Assembly (NCBI GenBank): GCA_963817895.1
Contig: CAWFQB010000001.1
Location: 1,056,001 to 1,120,000, forward strand
Direction: 5' to 3'
Source: an uncultured Chthonomonadaceae bacterium
Lineage (GTDB): Bacteria; Armatimonadota; Chthonomonadetes; Chthonomonadales; Chthonomonadaceae
DNA length: 64,000 bases
Shown here: piece after piece, positions 30,706 through 42,266 of the stretch
Numbering within the stretch: the first letter of the stretch is position 1
Layout: each line of letters starts with the position of its first letter
Made by a program: the position numbers and the translations under genes
The notes under the pieces: generated by a model
The model's database searches: none
What the model was told of the DNA's origin: nothing
What the model saw: the letters and a program-made list of their open reading frames with translations, nothing else

Positions 30706-33700
30706 ATGTCTCTAGAAAAAGCGCATGAATATCTAGGCTGGCCTGATCCCGAAGACATTCGCAATCCTTCCGGTCCCGGCCCCAAAGTCACTGCTCAACT
30801 TGCCAAAGAAAAAATTGGCTATGCGCTTTCACGGTTGCCTGGCGGCAATGGCGTAAATGTTGGCATTCTGGCGGCGGATGCTGAATCTACCGAGGCCCCA
30901 CTTGCCATTGTTTGCGAGTTTCCCCGGCCTGTACCTCTTGAAACCCTTCAAGCCGCCCATCGTCTCGCCTGGAACTTCTGCCGCTCTCCTCTTTTAATCA
31001 CTGTCGAACCGAATATAATTCGTAAATGGACATGCTGCGAACCTCCTGCTGAACAAGAGCGACGGTTTTGCAGAAACTCTCTTTGTGAACAACCAGCCGG
31101 AAATTGGTGGCCGCAATTTCGTTCGAACAGCCACTGCAAGGTTTAGCCCAACAAGCGGCACAATCCCTTTCCTGGATTAATCTTGTGTCCGGGCAGTTCT
31201 TCAAAGAAGAGGAACACCGTTTCAGTCCCGAAAAGCGTGCGGACCGTTTACTGTTGGAAAACCTGAAATATGTCCGCCAACGCCTTCTCGCGCTTGACCT
31301 GAATAAAGATACGACGCATGACCTTTTAGCTCGCATTATCTTCATTCAGTTTCTGTTCGACCGTGAAGATACTTCCGGTGTATCTGCTTTGAATAAAAAT
31401 GAACTTAGCCGCTTACATACAGATGGGAAACTGGTGGGACAATATAGCAATCTCGAAGAAATTTTGAACAACTACGACGATTCTTACCGGCTTTTCAGAT
31501 TTCTGAATACAACGTTCAATGGTGACCTGTTTCCCGGCAAAGGCGCAACGCTGGAAGAGCAAGAGGAGGAGTGGAAAGCAGAACAGGAACACGTTAAGCC
31601 GAAACATTTGCGTTTGCTCGCCAGTTTCATCGGTGGCAATGAGAAAATGAATGGTGGTCAACGCATTCTGTGGCGGCAATACTCATTTAATGCTATCCCT
31701 ATTGAATTTATCAGCAGTATCTATGAGGAATTCGTTAAAGGGTCGGAAAAACTTGGTATACATTACACGCCGCCGTTCCTTGTTGACTTCATGCTGGACG
31801 GCGTACTGCCATGGGATAGTGCCGAATGGAATTTGAAAATTCTTGATCCTGCCTGTGGTTCGGGAGTTTTCCTGGTAAAAGCTTATCAGCGCTTGATTCA
31901 TCGCTGGAAGAACGCGCATCAGCAACGTCAGCCGAAACCAGAGGTATTACGCGGCCTGCTTAAACGTAACTTGTTCGGAGTGGATAAAGATAAGGAAGCT
32001 GTTCGTGTCGCGTCGTTCAGTCTGTACCTTGCCATGTGCGACCAGATTAATCCGCGAGATTACTGGACACAAGTACACTTTCCTCCGCTCCGCGGACACC
32101 GCCTCGTAGAAAGTGATTTTTTTGATGAGGAGCAGGAAGGCATCCGAACAGACAAAGATGCACATTATGACCTAATTGTTGGCAATGCGCCCTGGGGCAA
32201 CAAACTGCTGACTGAGAAAGCGCATCAATGGGCGCATACTAAAGAATGGCCTATTGCTAATAAACAAATCGGGACGCTGTTCCTTGCAAAGTCTCTGGCA
32301 CTTTTAAAGACAAAAACCGGGCAGGTTTGCATGGTGCAGCCTGCCGGGGCCGTACTGTTTAATCGCAATACGACGGCAAAGGCGTTTCAAGATAAGTTGT
32401 TTGGTAACTTCAAAGTGCATGAAGTAGTCAACCTGTCCGCGTTGCGTTTCCAATTGTTCCCCAACGCCATTGGACCGGCATGTATTATCACTACGTCAAC
32501 TGCTTCAAGAGATTACGAACCGATTCTTTACATTTGCCCAAAGCCCTTAGAGACAAATGAAGATGAATATCGCGTCGTGATAGAACCCAATAACATACAT
32601 TGGGTGTACTTCAATGAAAAGCCAATAGACATGCGTGTTTGGACTACCTTGATGTGGGGTGGAAATCGTGATCTTAGACTTATCAACAATTTTAAGGACA
32701 CGTCAACCCTTCAAAAATTGAAGACACGCAAATGTGTACAATCACGTCGTGGTTTTGTAAAATCCGAACCCACGCAAGAGCGTCCTGAGTTGAAAGGTAA
32801 ACCTCTTCTTGAAGCTGAGCAGTTCCCCAATAATACTTTTCTGTATTTAGACGTTAATTTGCTTGATAGAATGTACCTTCCTTTTGTTTACGAGAAGGAT
32901 TCTACTGACTTTTCAGCGTTTGATTTACCTCAAGCTATTATAAAAACCAGTTGGAAAGTAGGAGAAGGCCGGTTCCGTGCTGCGCTGACCAAGCCTGATA
33001 AGACAAAACAAGGAGTTATTTGCTCACGTCTATATGTAAGCGTCCATACGAAGGAACAAAACTCCAGTTTACTCGATATGCTCTGTCTAACGTTCAACAG
33101 CATCTTTGCTGTGTACTTCCTTCTGCTCACGAGCGGCAGGTTCGCGTCTTACATTCCAGAAGCATTAGTGGCTGAGTTGCTTGATGTTCCTATCGCTGAA
33201 CACTATACTCCGAATATTGCTGCAATTAAAGAATTCGATGATATTGACAATGAAGTACGCAAATCCCTTGACCTTCGAGACGCTGATTGGACTTTAATAG
33301 AAGATTTGTTTAACTACACCTTGCCTGATTTCAAAGGCAACGTAACTTCACCGGGCCGACAGCCAACACGTTCACAGACTGCTCAAAGTAATCACACAGA
33401 ACCTATACTCTCGCAGTATTGTGATTACTTCCTGCGAGTGCTGAAAGCCAGTTTTGGTCAAGACAAAAACGTTTGCGCGACGATATACCAGGAAGATGAC
33501 ACACTCGGATTGCCATTGCGCCTGGTAGCGATTCATCTTGATTGGCCTGAACGTGAGCTTATCTCAACAGAGACGATGAGCAACTCCGATTTGCGCAGCC
33601 GTTTGCAAGAACTCTATCACAAGTTGATTCAAAGACCCGAGGAGGCTAAACTGTATTATCAACGGGTTGTCAGAATGTATGACACCGTTGACACGCCACA

Positions 33701-33860
33701 TGGAAAAGTCCCAACAATATACATCATCAAGCCGGACCAAATTCGATATTGGACTCGCTCAATGGGTTTGCATGACGCTGATGAGGTAGGAGGGGACATA
33801 CTGACGTGGAAAGGCACTGCTGAGTTCGATGCATCAAAGCGAGTAATTGAAGTTGACTAA
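30706..33860 (+). CDS. N6-adenine DNA methyltransferase (type IIG/Eco57I-like), frameshifted near 31060-31105
   Basis: ISSIYEEF, HYTPPFLV, LDPACGSGVFL, IVGNAPW; N-terminal part in ORF 30643-31146, rest in ORF 31104-33860. Confidence 0.82.
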
Positions 33861-34518
33861 TCGCCGTACTCCTGTTGAAGCTCGCTGGCCTTTGACGCCG
33901 GAATTTTCTGCTATTGCTGATAGCTGGTCGCCTGATTTCAGCGCAAATCTTTTGCGGCTTGTTTGGGAAGCATACGATTTGCTCGCAGTGGAACTACTAT
34001 CCATGGTAGATTGTTCACAGAATGATGATTCTCTTGAAACGTCAATAACCCAGGAACTGGAGAAGCGCATAAGACGCCTCATGTCAGGGGACGAACTATT
34101 CGATGTACAGCATAAACCGTGCGAGTACGAAACTCGTTTACCTGCGCCTGCACAAGCCCCTGAATACGATATAGCTTTTGCTTTACGTGCCTTTCCACGA
34201 ACAATGTGGCCGTTAGAGGCAAAAGTGTTGCGTACCGATAAGGCGCTGGCAGAGTACGTCAAGGAAATAAGAGCCAATTTTCAAAAGTGTCGCTATGCTC
34301 CGTTCTCCAATCAAGGAGCAATGTTAGGCTACCTTGTTTCAGGTTCAGAATTGAAGGCACTCGACAACATACAAAAGAAACTGCGCCGTACATTATCACA
34401 GCACTCTGATTTTCCCAATCGCCCTCATAAAACCTCAGAACATCGGCGTATAGTTCCAAGTGGTAAGCCATACCCGAAGCATTTCCGATGTCATCATCTC
34501 ATACTACGTTTGGCTTGA
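33847..34518 (+). CDS. Putative PD-(D/E)xK nuclease partner of the methyltransferase
   Basis: Overlaps the MTase stop; E...YDIAF...LEAKVL catalytic-like motif. Confidence 0.55.
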   Translation: MKLTNRRTPVEARWPLTPEFSAIADSWSPDFSANLLRLVWEAYDLLAVELLSMVDCSQNDDSLETSITQELEKRIRRLMSGDELFDVQHKPCEYETRLPAPAQAPEYDIAFALRAFPRTMWPLEAKVLRTDKALAEYVKEIRANFQKCRYAPFSNQGAMLGYLVSGSELKALDNIQKKLRRTLSQHSDFPNRPHKTSEHRRIVPSGKPYPKHFRCHHLILRLA

Positions 34519-34534
34519 TGTTGACAGGCAAATT

Positions 34535-36939
34535 TCAAGGCACAATGTTGGTAGCTCGCGGCTCTCCTGTGTCCTTGAGGCGGTCGGCGAGGCGGGTGTA
34601 GCGGCGGGTAGTTTTGTCGTTCTTGACGGCGCGGGCAATGGCTTTCTTGTCGCCGACCAGAACGCACAAATCCCGCGCCCGCGTCAGTCCCGTATACAGC
34701 AGATTACGTTGCAGCATCATGTACTGGCTGGAGTGCATCACTAAAATCACGGCCTTGTACTCTGAGCCTTGGCTTTTGTGGACACTCAAGGCAAATGCGA
34801 GTTGTAGTTCATCGTAATCGGCAAAATCATACTCAATGCGTCTCTTCGCCAAATCGGACAAGCAAAATCTGATCTTCCGGCTTGATGTCGGCAATGGCTC
34901 CGATGTCGCCGTTGAACACGTTCTTGTCGTAGTTGTTGACCAGTTGGATCACGCGGTCTCCGATGCGGAAGCGGCGCGAACCCCGCAGCAGTTCCGGCAC
35001 GCGCCCGGTCGGGTCGGCGGGGTTGAGCGCGTCCTGAAGGCGCATATTCAGATTGTCCACGCCGAGCGACCCCTTTTTCAGCGCGGACAAGACCTGCACA
35101 TCATCGCCCCGATAGCCCAAACCGGGCAGGGATTTGCGGGCCAGCGCGACAACTTTGTCCGCGCCCTCTTCGCCCTCCTCCACTTCGATGAACAGCATGT
35201 TCTTGCCGTCGCGCTCTTTCGGCGGAACCAGAAGGGAAACTCGCCCTTGCGGATTTTGTGCGCGTTGGTCACAATCAAACTCTGCTGCGCCTGCCGGAAC
35301 ACCTGCGTCAGCCGAATGGAGGGAACCACGCCCGAATTCAATAAATCGCCCAGCACATTGCCCGCGCCCACTGAAGGCAACTGGTCGCTGTCGCCCACAA
35401 ACACCACCTGCGCGGTTTCGGGAACGGCTTTGAGCAGGTTATTGGCGAGAACCGCGTCCAGCATGGAAACCTCGTCGGCAATCAGCACATCACAATCCAG
35501 CGGGTTCTGCTCGTTGTACTGAAAACTGTGCGTGGCCGGGTCAAATTTCAGAGCCGGTGAATGGTCGTCGCTTCCCGCCCCGTCACTTCGCTCAATCGCT
35601 TGGCCGCGCGCCCGTTGGGGACACAAGCAGGATGTTTTTACGCTGCGCGTCAAAGGCGCGGGCAATGACGTTTGTAGTCGCGGTTTTGCCGACGCCCGGG
35701 CCGCCTGTCAGCACAAGAAAATTTTTTTCCAATGCCAGCATCACGGCCTCGGTTTGTTCCTCGGAAAGCGTGATGCCCGCCTGCTGCTCCTGCTGTTTTA
35801 TCCACGCGCCGATTTTGTCGCGCTTGACGGGCCTATCCGCGCCTGTCTGTAATCGCCGCCGGATTTGCGCGGCCAAGCCCCACTTCCGTATAATATAACG
35901 CGGGATGGTAAAAGGCGCGCATGGCCCGCCCCGCCATTTCCACGCCCTCCACATCTTCGGCAATTACGGCTTCGGACGCGGCCATGTTTTCCATGATGGG
36001 CGCGATCAGTTCCGGTTCCACGCTCAGAATTTCGGCGGCGGACGTGAGCAGTTTGGGTTCGGGCAGGAACAAATGTCCGAAATCCGTCGCTTCCGAAAGC
36101 GTGTACAGCAGTCCGGCTTCCAGTCGCTTTTCGCTTTCCAGCGCGATGCCCATCTGCTGCGCGATCTTGTCCGCCGTCTTGAAGCCGATGCCCCAAATGT
36201 CTTGCGCCAGCCGGTAGGGGTTCTCTTCGACGGTTTGTATGGCCTTGTCGCCGTAAGTTTTATAAATCTTGACCGCATAGGTGGCGGATACGCCGTGTCC
36301 CTGCAAGAACAGCATCACGTTGCGGATTTCGCGCTGCTCGTGCCACGCCTTCTGGATTTTTTCGATCCGCTTTTCGCCGATGCCGCCCACGCGCAGCAGT
36401 TTGCGCGGGTCGGTTTCGATCACGTCCAGCGTTTCCAGCCCGAACAAATCCACCATGCGCTTCGCCATCACCGGCCCGATGCCTTTAATCAGGCCGCTGC
36501 CCAGATACTTTTCAATGGCAAAGGCTGTAGCGGGCTTGGTCATCTGATAACGCTCGACCGCGAACTGCCGCCCAAACTCTTTATGCGCAGTCCACGCGCC
36601 CTCGCACACCAGTTGCTCGCCAACAACCGGGTTGGTAAAATTCCCCACAACCGTAATCAAATCCCGTGCGCCCTCGACCGCCAGCCGCCCCACCGTGTAC
36701 CCGTTATCCTCATTGTGGTACGTAACCCGCTCCAAAACGCCGGTCAGCGTATCCGTAAACGGATTGGTGGACGGTGATTGGTGGTTAGCAGTTGGGGGTT
36801 GAGGGTTGGCAGAGTAGGCGTGGGGATAGGAAGCCTGCTCGTCATCGGGAACGGGAGGCGCATCTGCTTCAGAAGGGAAGGGTGGACGGGTTGTATACGG
36901 ATTGTTGCGCATAGGTACCGGTGTTTGCAAGGTTGGCAT
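34535..36939 (-). pseudogene. recD2: ATP-dependent RecD2-like helicase, interrupted by about 5 frameshifts
   Basis: YLGSGLIKGIGP, NPYRLA..IWGIGFKTAD, TGGPGVGKT, DEVSM, GDSDQLPSVGAG, FNGDIG, HKSQGSEY, RNLLYTGLTR spread over several frames. Confidence 0.88.
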
Positions 36940-37006
36940 ACACAGTATACTACACGCGACAAGTGAGATGTGGAAAACACAGGGGAGGCAGGCAAGAGCA
37001 GCGAGG

Positions 37007-38912
37007 CTACAAGGCCATATCCGCGTAAGCAGAGCCACAAAAGGCATAAATGTCGCCCCACAGCATTTTATCCGGGGACTGTTCCAGCGTGGACAGCAGA
37101 TGTTCGGGAGTAACCGCCCTGCCGAACAGCAGTCTTTCGCCGTCGCCGATTTTCACGTTGAAGCCATCAAAGCCCAGTTCGGCCAGATACTCCACGCAGC
37201 AGCGCGTTTGCGCCAGAAACTCCTTTGCAAACTCGAAGGAGAGGCAGGGTATCGGCTGCGTAAGTCCGCGCAATACGTTATACTCGAAGCCCTCCACATC
37301 AATCTTGCAGTACGCGGGACGCCCAAACTGCGCGATCATCAAATCCAGCGTGGTGACGGGGGCGATAATCTGCTGATTCCAGTTCATGCCCGCAAAGCGC
37401 CCCTGTTTCCATTCCGTTGAGAAGGTGGAAAGCCCTTCGCCCGCGCTGCAAATCGAAAAACGAATGTTTCCGGGCTTGTCGGCAAGGCCGGCAGGCATGA
37501 CAACCACATTGGGCGCGTCCCCGAACTTTGCCTGTAGCGCGGCGACGCAGTTGGGCTGGCAGTCGAAGCAGACGACCCTTCCCGCGCTTTGCTCCAGCAT
37601 TGCCTGCGCTTTCACGCCATAGTGCGCCCCCACATCGAAGACCGTGTCTCCCGGCTGGAAAAAGCGATGCCCCGATTCCGCATTCTCGCTGTCCGCTTTC
37701 TGCGCGGCGAACCACTGCGCCATTGCCTGAACTTCCGCATCATCACCATATTGCTTTGCCAGTTCCTCCGAGGCCACACTGCCACAGGCGAGGTCGTAGA
37801 TGTCGCGCCAGAGCGCCAGAGCATCGAGAGCCTGTTCCCGGTTGCCGCGATCCAGAATGTAACTGCGCCGCAGTTTTTCCGCCGCCTCGTAGCGGCGTCC
37901 CTGCGCGTATAAAGCGGTTCCCAACAAATGGTAAGCGTCAGCGTTGCGGTTGTTCAGGCGCGTCAAAAATTCCGCGCCGTCCGCCGCTTCCGTTAAATTT
38001 AATGCTTGCAACTGTTCCCGCGCGTGTTGCAGCAGCATGTCGCCGATGTTTCCGCCTGCCTTCGCGTCCGCAACGGGACGTTCAGGGCGAGGAAACGTGC
38101 TGTAACACGATTCGGGATGGCGGGGACGCAGCGGGGGCAGAGTATCATTCAGGAGGGCATGGGCGTCTTCGGGCGCGGCAAGCGCGGCCAGAAGTTCTTG
38201 TTCGGCCTGCCGCATCTCCTGCGGGGTGGGACGGACTTCGATTTTACGATTAATGTTCTGCCGGAACGCGATCATCTCGAACGGGCAAGCGGCGGCGCAG
38301 GCGGTATCCCTCGCAACACGCTGCACCCATTCCACGACAGCCGCCCGCTCACCGGACAGACGGGCATCGAAGCCGCCGGTACGCCGCCACAGATCGGCGC
38401 GAATGGCGAAATGCGGAAACGAGCGCGTTTCATAGACGGGAGCCACAACGGAGTGGCTGCGCAATTCGTCTGCGTTCGCGCGCAGAATCGCCTCCCAATT
38501 GGCCTGACACCAGGCGGCCTGACAGTAGTGTAGACCGTGATAGGTTTCATAGGGTACGATTAAATTCGCGGTGGGAAGCGCGTTTTGCAGGGCGGCGTGA
38601 TAGGCGCGCGGATACAGATACTCGCTGCGCCAGACACACAGCCATTCCCCTTTCCATTCTGCTTTCGATTCTTCTTCCGCGAGTTCCGCCCCGCGCTGAA
38701 TGGCCTGCGCGAACCCGGTGAAGGGCATTCCGTCCGCGTTGCCTGTTACCTGTATGACCCGGCAGCGCGCCGGAAGAACGGGCAAAGCCGCCCCGGAATC
38801 CAGCACAAGCGCGGTATCTTCAGGCTGCAAGGCGGGCCAGAGCGAAAGCCAGCTTTGCAGGGCGAACGGCTCCGCAACCGCCGGGGGTATGATAAAACAG
38901 ATGCGTGGTCAT
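37007..38912 (-). CDS. FkbM-family methyltransferase with N-terminal GT2-like and TPR regions
   Basis: VFDVGAHYG and KIDVEGFE FkbM motifs; TPR-like AYHLLGTALY; GGFDARL; likely ATG at 38912 is joined by a homopolymer frameshift near 38885. Confidence 0.75.
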
Positions 38913-39014
38913 AGGGTTTCCTTTGCGAGAGTACAGCCCAATTATGGGTACTTCGGGGAAACTTCTGAATGTCTTTTGCGAAAAACTTACTGAAATTTAT
39001 GAGGAGGAGAAACG

Positions 39015-40097
39015 ATGGCACCCCTGTTTACGCGCTGTCCGGAAAACCCGATTGTGGTTCCGGGCGGGTACGACTGGCGCATGGCGGCGACGTTTAATCC
39101 CGGCGTGATACTGGATGACGACGGGCGTTTTTATCTGTATGAGCGGGCGGCGGGGCAGTTGCGCCCGTTTCACTGCTATATCGGCCTGCTCGACAGCGAC
39201 GACGGGGTTCACTTTACGCAGGTCGGCACACAGCCCGTATTCACGCCCGAAATGGCAGGCAGTCCGTATGGCAGCGTACAGGACCCCCGCGTCGTGAAGA
39301 TTGACGGCGCGTACTACATGACGTATGCGTTTCGCCCGTTCGCGTGGTCTTCCAACCCAACCGGCGTGGGCGTTCCGGAATCGCATGAATCCGACTTTCC
39401 GGGTGTGGAACGCGCCCCGATTGTCGTCAATAGCGGCTCGAAAAACGTTGCCAATGCCCGCCCCGATAATATGACGCGCTCCGGTATCGCCATATCGCGG
39501 GACAGGGTGACCTGGCAGCATCATGTCTGGGCCACGCCGCCCGATATGGATGATCGCGACGTGATTCTGTTTCCCGAAAAAATCGGCGGGCGTTTCGCTC
39601 TGCTGCGCCGCCCGCTGCAATGGGTCGGCCCGGAGTATGGAACCGACTATCCCGGCATCTGGATTTGCTTTTCCGATGACCTGCAAAACTGGACGCCGCC
39701 GGCTCTGATCGCCAAACCGGAATTTGATTGGGAAGACAACCGTATCGGCGGTTCCACGCCCCCGCTGCGAACCCCAAAGGGCTGGCTGGTTTTGTATCAC
39801 GGCGTGGAAACGCAGGATGCCCGCCTCCGCCGCGTGTGCTACCGCGTGGGCGCATTGCTGCTCGATCTCGACGACCCGACGCGCGTACTTGCCCGAACCT
39901 CCCGCGCGCTGATGGAACCCGAAACCTATTATGAGCGCTTCGGCCTGTACATCCCCAACGTGATTTTCCCGACCGCGAATGTGGTCAAAGACGGACTGCT
40001 GTACCTGTACTACGGCGTCTGCGACACGGCCATCGCTCTCGCAACAACGCCGCTTGACGCCCTGGTAGATTATATTTTGGAGGAGGGGGAAATTTAG
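39015..40097 (+). CDS. Glycoside hydrolase family 130 (mannoside phosphorylase/glycosidase)
   Basis: TFNPGV, VQDPRV, DRDVILFPEKIGG, GWLVLYHGV, NVIFP, YYGVCD. Confidence 0.9.
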   Translation: MAPLFTRCPENPIVVPGGYDWRMAATFNPGVILDDDGRFYLYERAAGQLRPFHCYIGLLDSDDGVHFTQVGTQPVFTPEMAGSPYGSVQDPRVVKIDGAYYMTYAFRPFAWSSNPTGVGVPESHESDFPGVERAPIVVNSGSKNVANARPDNMTRSGIAISRDRVTWQHHVWATPPDMDDRDVILFPEKIGGRFALLRRPLQWVGPEYGTDYPGIWICFSDDLQNWTPPALIAKPEFDWEDNRIGGSTPPLRTPKGWLVLYHGVETQDARLRRVCYRVGALLLDLDDPTRVLARTSRALMEPETYYERFGLYIPNVIFPTANVVKDGLLYLYYGVCDTAIALATTPLDALVDYILEEGEI

Positions 40098-40149
40098 GAA
40101 TATGGGAATATGGAAGAAAGAAGCTGACTACCGGGCTTAACACCGACAC

Positions 40150-41184
40150 ATGGAGAATTTCAACATGAGTGACCTGATACCTGCCGACTATACAGCATTG
40201 TTGGACTCTGTAAAAACGCGCATTCGCGCCGCGCAGGTTGCGGCGTTGCGGCAAGCCAATCTTGAGATGATTGCTTGCTATTGGGACATAGGACAGTTGC
40301 TGTCACGCAAAGAGCAAGATAGCCCACATGGGCAGGGCGTCGTAGAGCAGTTGGCGCGCGATGTTCAGTCTGATTTTCCGGGCATTCGTGGTTTCTCTGC
40401 TTCTAACCTGTGGCGCATGAAGACGTTTTACGAAACATATAATGTGAATTTAAAACTCGCACCACTGGTGCGAGAAATCGGATGGTCGCACAATTTGGCT
40501 ATTCTGGAAAAGTGCAAGGACGATTTGGAACGCGAGTTCTACCTGCGGATGACGCGCAAATTCGGATGGACAAAGAACGTTCTGATACATCAGATCGAGA
40601 ACCAGTCTTACGAAAAGACGCTGCTCGGGCAAACCAATTTTGAGCAGGCGCTAACGCCCGAAATGGCGCGACAGGCGAAACTGGCGGTCAAAGACGAATA
40701 CACGTTCGATTTTCTGGAACTGGGAGATGAATACAGCGAGCGGCAAATGGAAGCGGCGATACTGGCGAAAGTGGAACCGTTTCTGCGCGAAATGGGCGGG
40801 ATGTTCTCCTTCATCGGCAGCCAGTATCGCCTGACGGTGGGCGGGCAGGAGTATGCCGTTGACCTGTTGCTTTACCATCGCCGCCTGCGCTGTCTGGTGG
40901 CTATAGAACTGAAAATCGGCGCGTTCGAGCCGGAACACGTCGGCAAAATGCAGTTCTATCTTGCCGTTCTGGATGATACGGTCAAACAAGCCGATGAGGA
41001 TCCCTCCATCGGCATCATCCTGTGCAAATCGAAAGAGCGCACTGTTGTAGAGTATGCCCTGCGGGATTCCGCCCGTCCCATCGGCGTAACAACGTACCGA
41101 ATGGTGAGCGACCTGCCGCAAAACCTGCGCGACCTGCTGCCCGCCCCGGAACAGATAGCCCGCTTGCTGGAAGGGCTGCAATAA
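40150..41184 (+). CDS. YhcG/DUF1016 PDDEXK nuclease-family protein
   Basis: YWDIG, FSASNLWRM, KDEYTFDFL, DLLLYHRRLRCLVAIELK, GKMQFYL. Confidence 0.9.
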   Translation: MENFNMSDLIPADYTALLDSVKTRIRAAQVAALRQANLEMIACYWDIGQLLSRKEQDSPHGQGVVEQLARDVQSDFPGIRGFSASNLWRMKTFYETYNVNLKLAPLVREIGWSHNLAILEKCKDDLEREFYLRMTRKFGWTKNVLIHQIENQSYEKTLLGQTNFEQALTPEMARQAKLAVKDEYTFDFLELGDEYSERQMEAAILAKVEPFLREMGGMFSFIGSQYRLTVGGQEYAVDLLLYHRRLRCLVAIELKIGAFEPEHVGKMQFYLAVLDDTVKQADEDPSIGIILCKSKERTVVEYALRDSARPIGVTTYRMVSDLPQNLRDLLPAPEQIARLLEGLQ

Positions 41185-41253
41185 ACGGGGAATTGGAGAA
41201 CTCGGAAGTTCTCAATGAGGCGCACACCTTGACCCGTCAGGTATACTATAAAC

Positions 41254-42141
41254 ATGACGACATTTGCTGAGACAATAGGGACTGCGCCACTCGTTCCGGC
41301 TCACGCGCCCATCCGCGCCGTGTTTATTGATATTGACGGCACGCTTGTCGGCGCGAACGAGACGGTTTCTCCCGGCAACCGACAGGCCATTGACAAAGCG
41401 CGGGCGAAAGGTGTAGAGGTCATTTTGTGTACAGGACGAACGCGCCACACCGCCCAGCCCGTTGCCGAACAGCTTGGCCCGCCACTGGGTTACGTGGTCA
41501 CGTCCAACGGGGGCGTCGCCATGCGCTTAGATACGAACGAAGTCTTGCATAAGCATCTGCTGTCGATTCCCGTTGCGCTGCAAATCATCAAGGCCATTAT
41601 CGCGGTCGGCGCAGAACCCTATGTGTACGAAGACGCCACGAGCGGCGAGTTGGACGGCGCGCGAGTCTTTTACCATCCCGAACTGCCCGTGAGCGCGTTT
41701 GCCGTCGCCGCCCGTTATCGTCCCTACGCGGACATAACCAAAACCCTGCCGTTTGAACCCGTATCCATCGGCGCGTTCGGTTCGCCATCCAAAATGCGCC
41801 CGCTCGTGGACAAGCTGCTCCACCAACTGCCGCCCGATCTGGCGATTATTCAGTCTGGTTCGGCCACGCATTGGGGCATCGAAATCTTTGTCGGCGGCGT
41901 CAGCAAAAAACTCGGTCTGGAAGCCCTCGCCGCGCATCTCGACATCCACCGTGAAGAGATCATGGCAATCGGCGACCACATCAACGACATCGAAATGCTG
42001 CAATGGGCGGGCGTGGGCGTGGCAATGGCAAACGCCCTGCCCGAAACCAAAGCCGTCGCGGACTGGATCACCACGTCACAGGCTGAGGACGGCGTTGCCC
42101 ATGCGATTGAACAGATAATTTTTGAGGAAGTAGATGGGTAG
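41254..42141 (+). CDS. Cof-type HAD hydrolase
   Basis: DIDGTL, CTGR, SKKLG, IGDHINDIEML. Confidence 0.92.
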   Translation: MTTFAETIGTAPLVPAHAPIRAVFIDIDGTLVGANETVSPGNRQAIDKARAKGVEVILCTGRTRHTAQPVAEQLGPPLGYVVTSNGGVAMRLDTNEVLHKHLLSIPVALQIIKAIIAVGAEPYVYEDATSGELDGARVFYHPELPVSAFAVAARYRPYADITKTLPFEPVSIGAFGSPSKMRPLVDKLLHQLPPDLAIIQSGSATHWGIEIFVGGVSKKLGLEALAAHLDIHREEIMAIGDHINDIEMLQWAGVGVAMANALPETKAVADWITTSQAEDGVAHAIEQIIFEEVDG

Positions 42142-42266
42142 ATGGGTAGGTGGGTAGATAGGTAGAACAAACTTCTCCGGTTTTTTTGTTCGCGTAAATC
42201 TATAAGGCGTCAGGCATTTCTACCCATCTACCCACCTACCTATCTACCCATCTACCCGGAGATACC

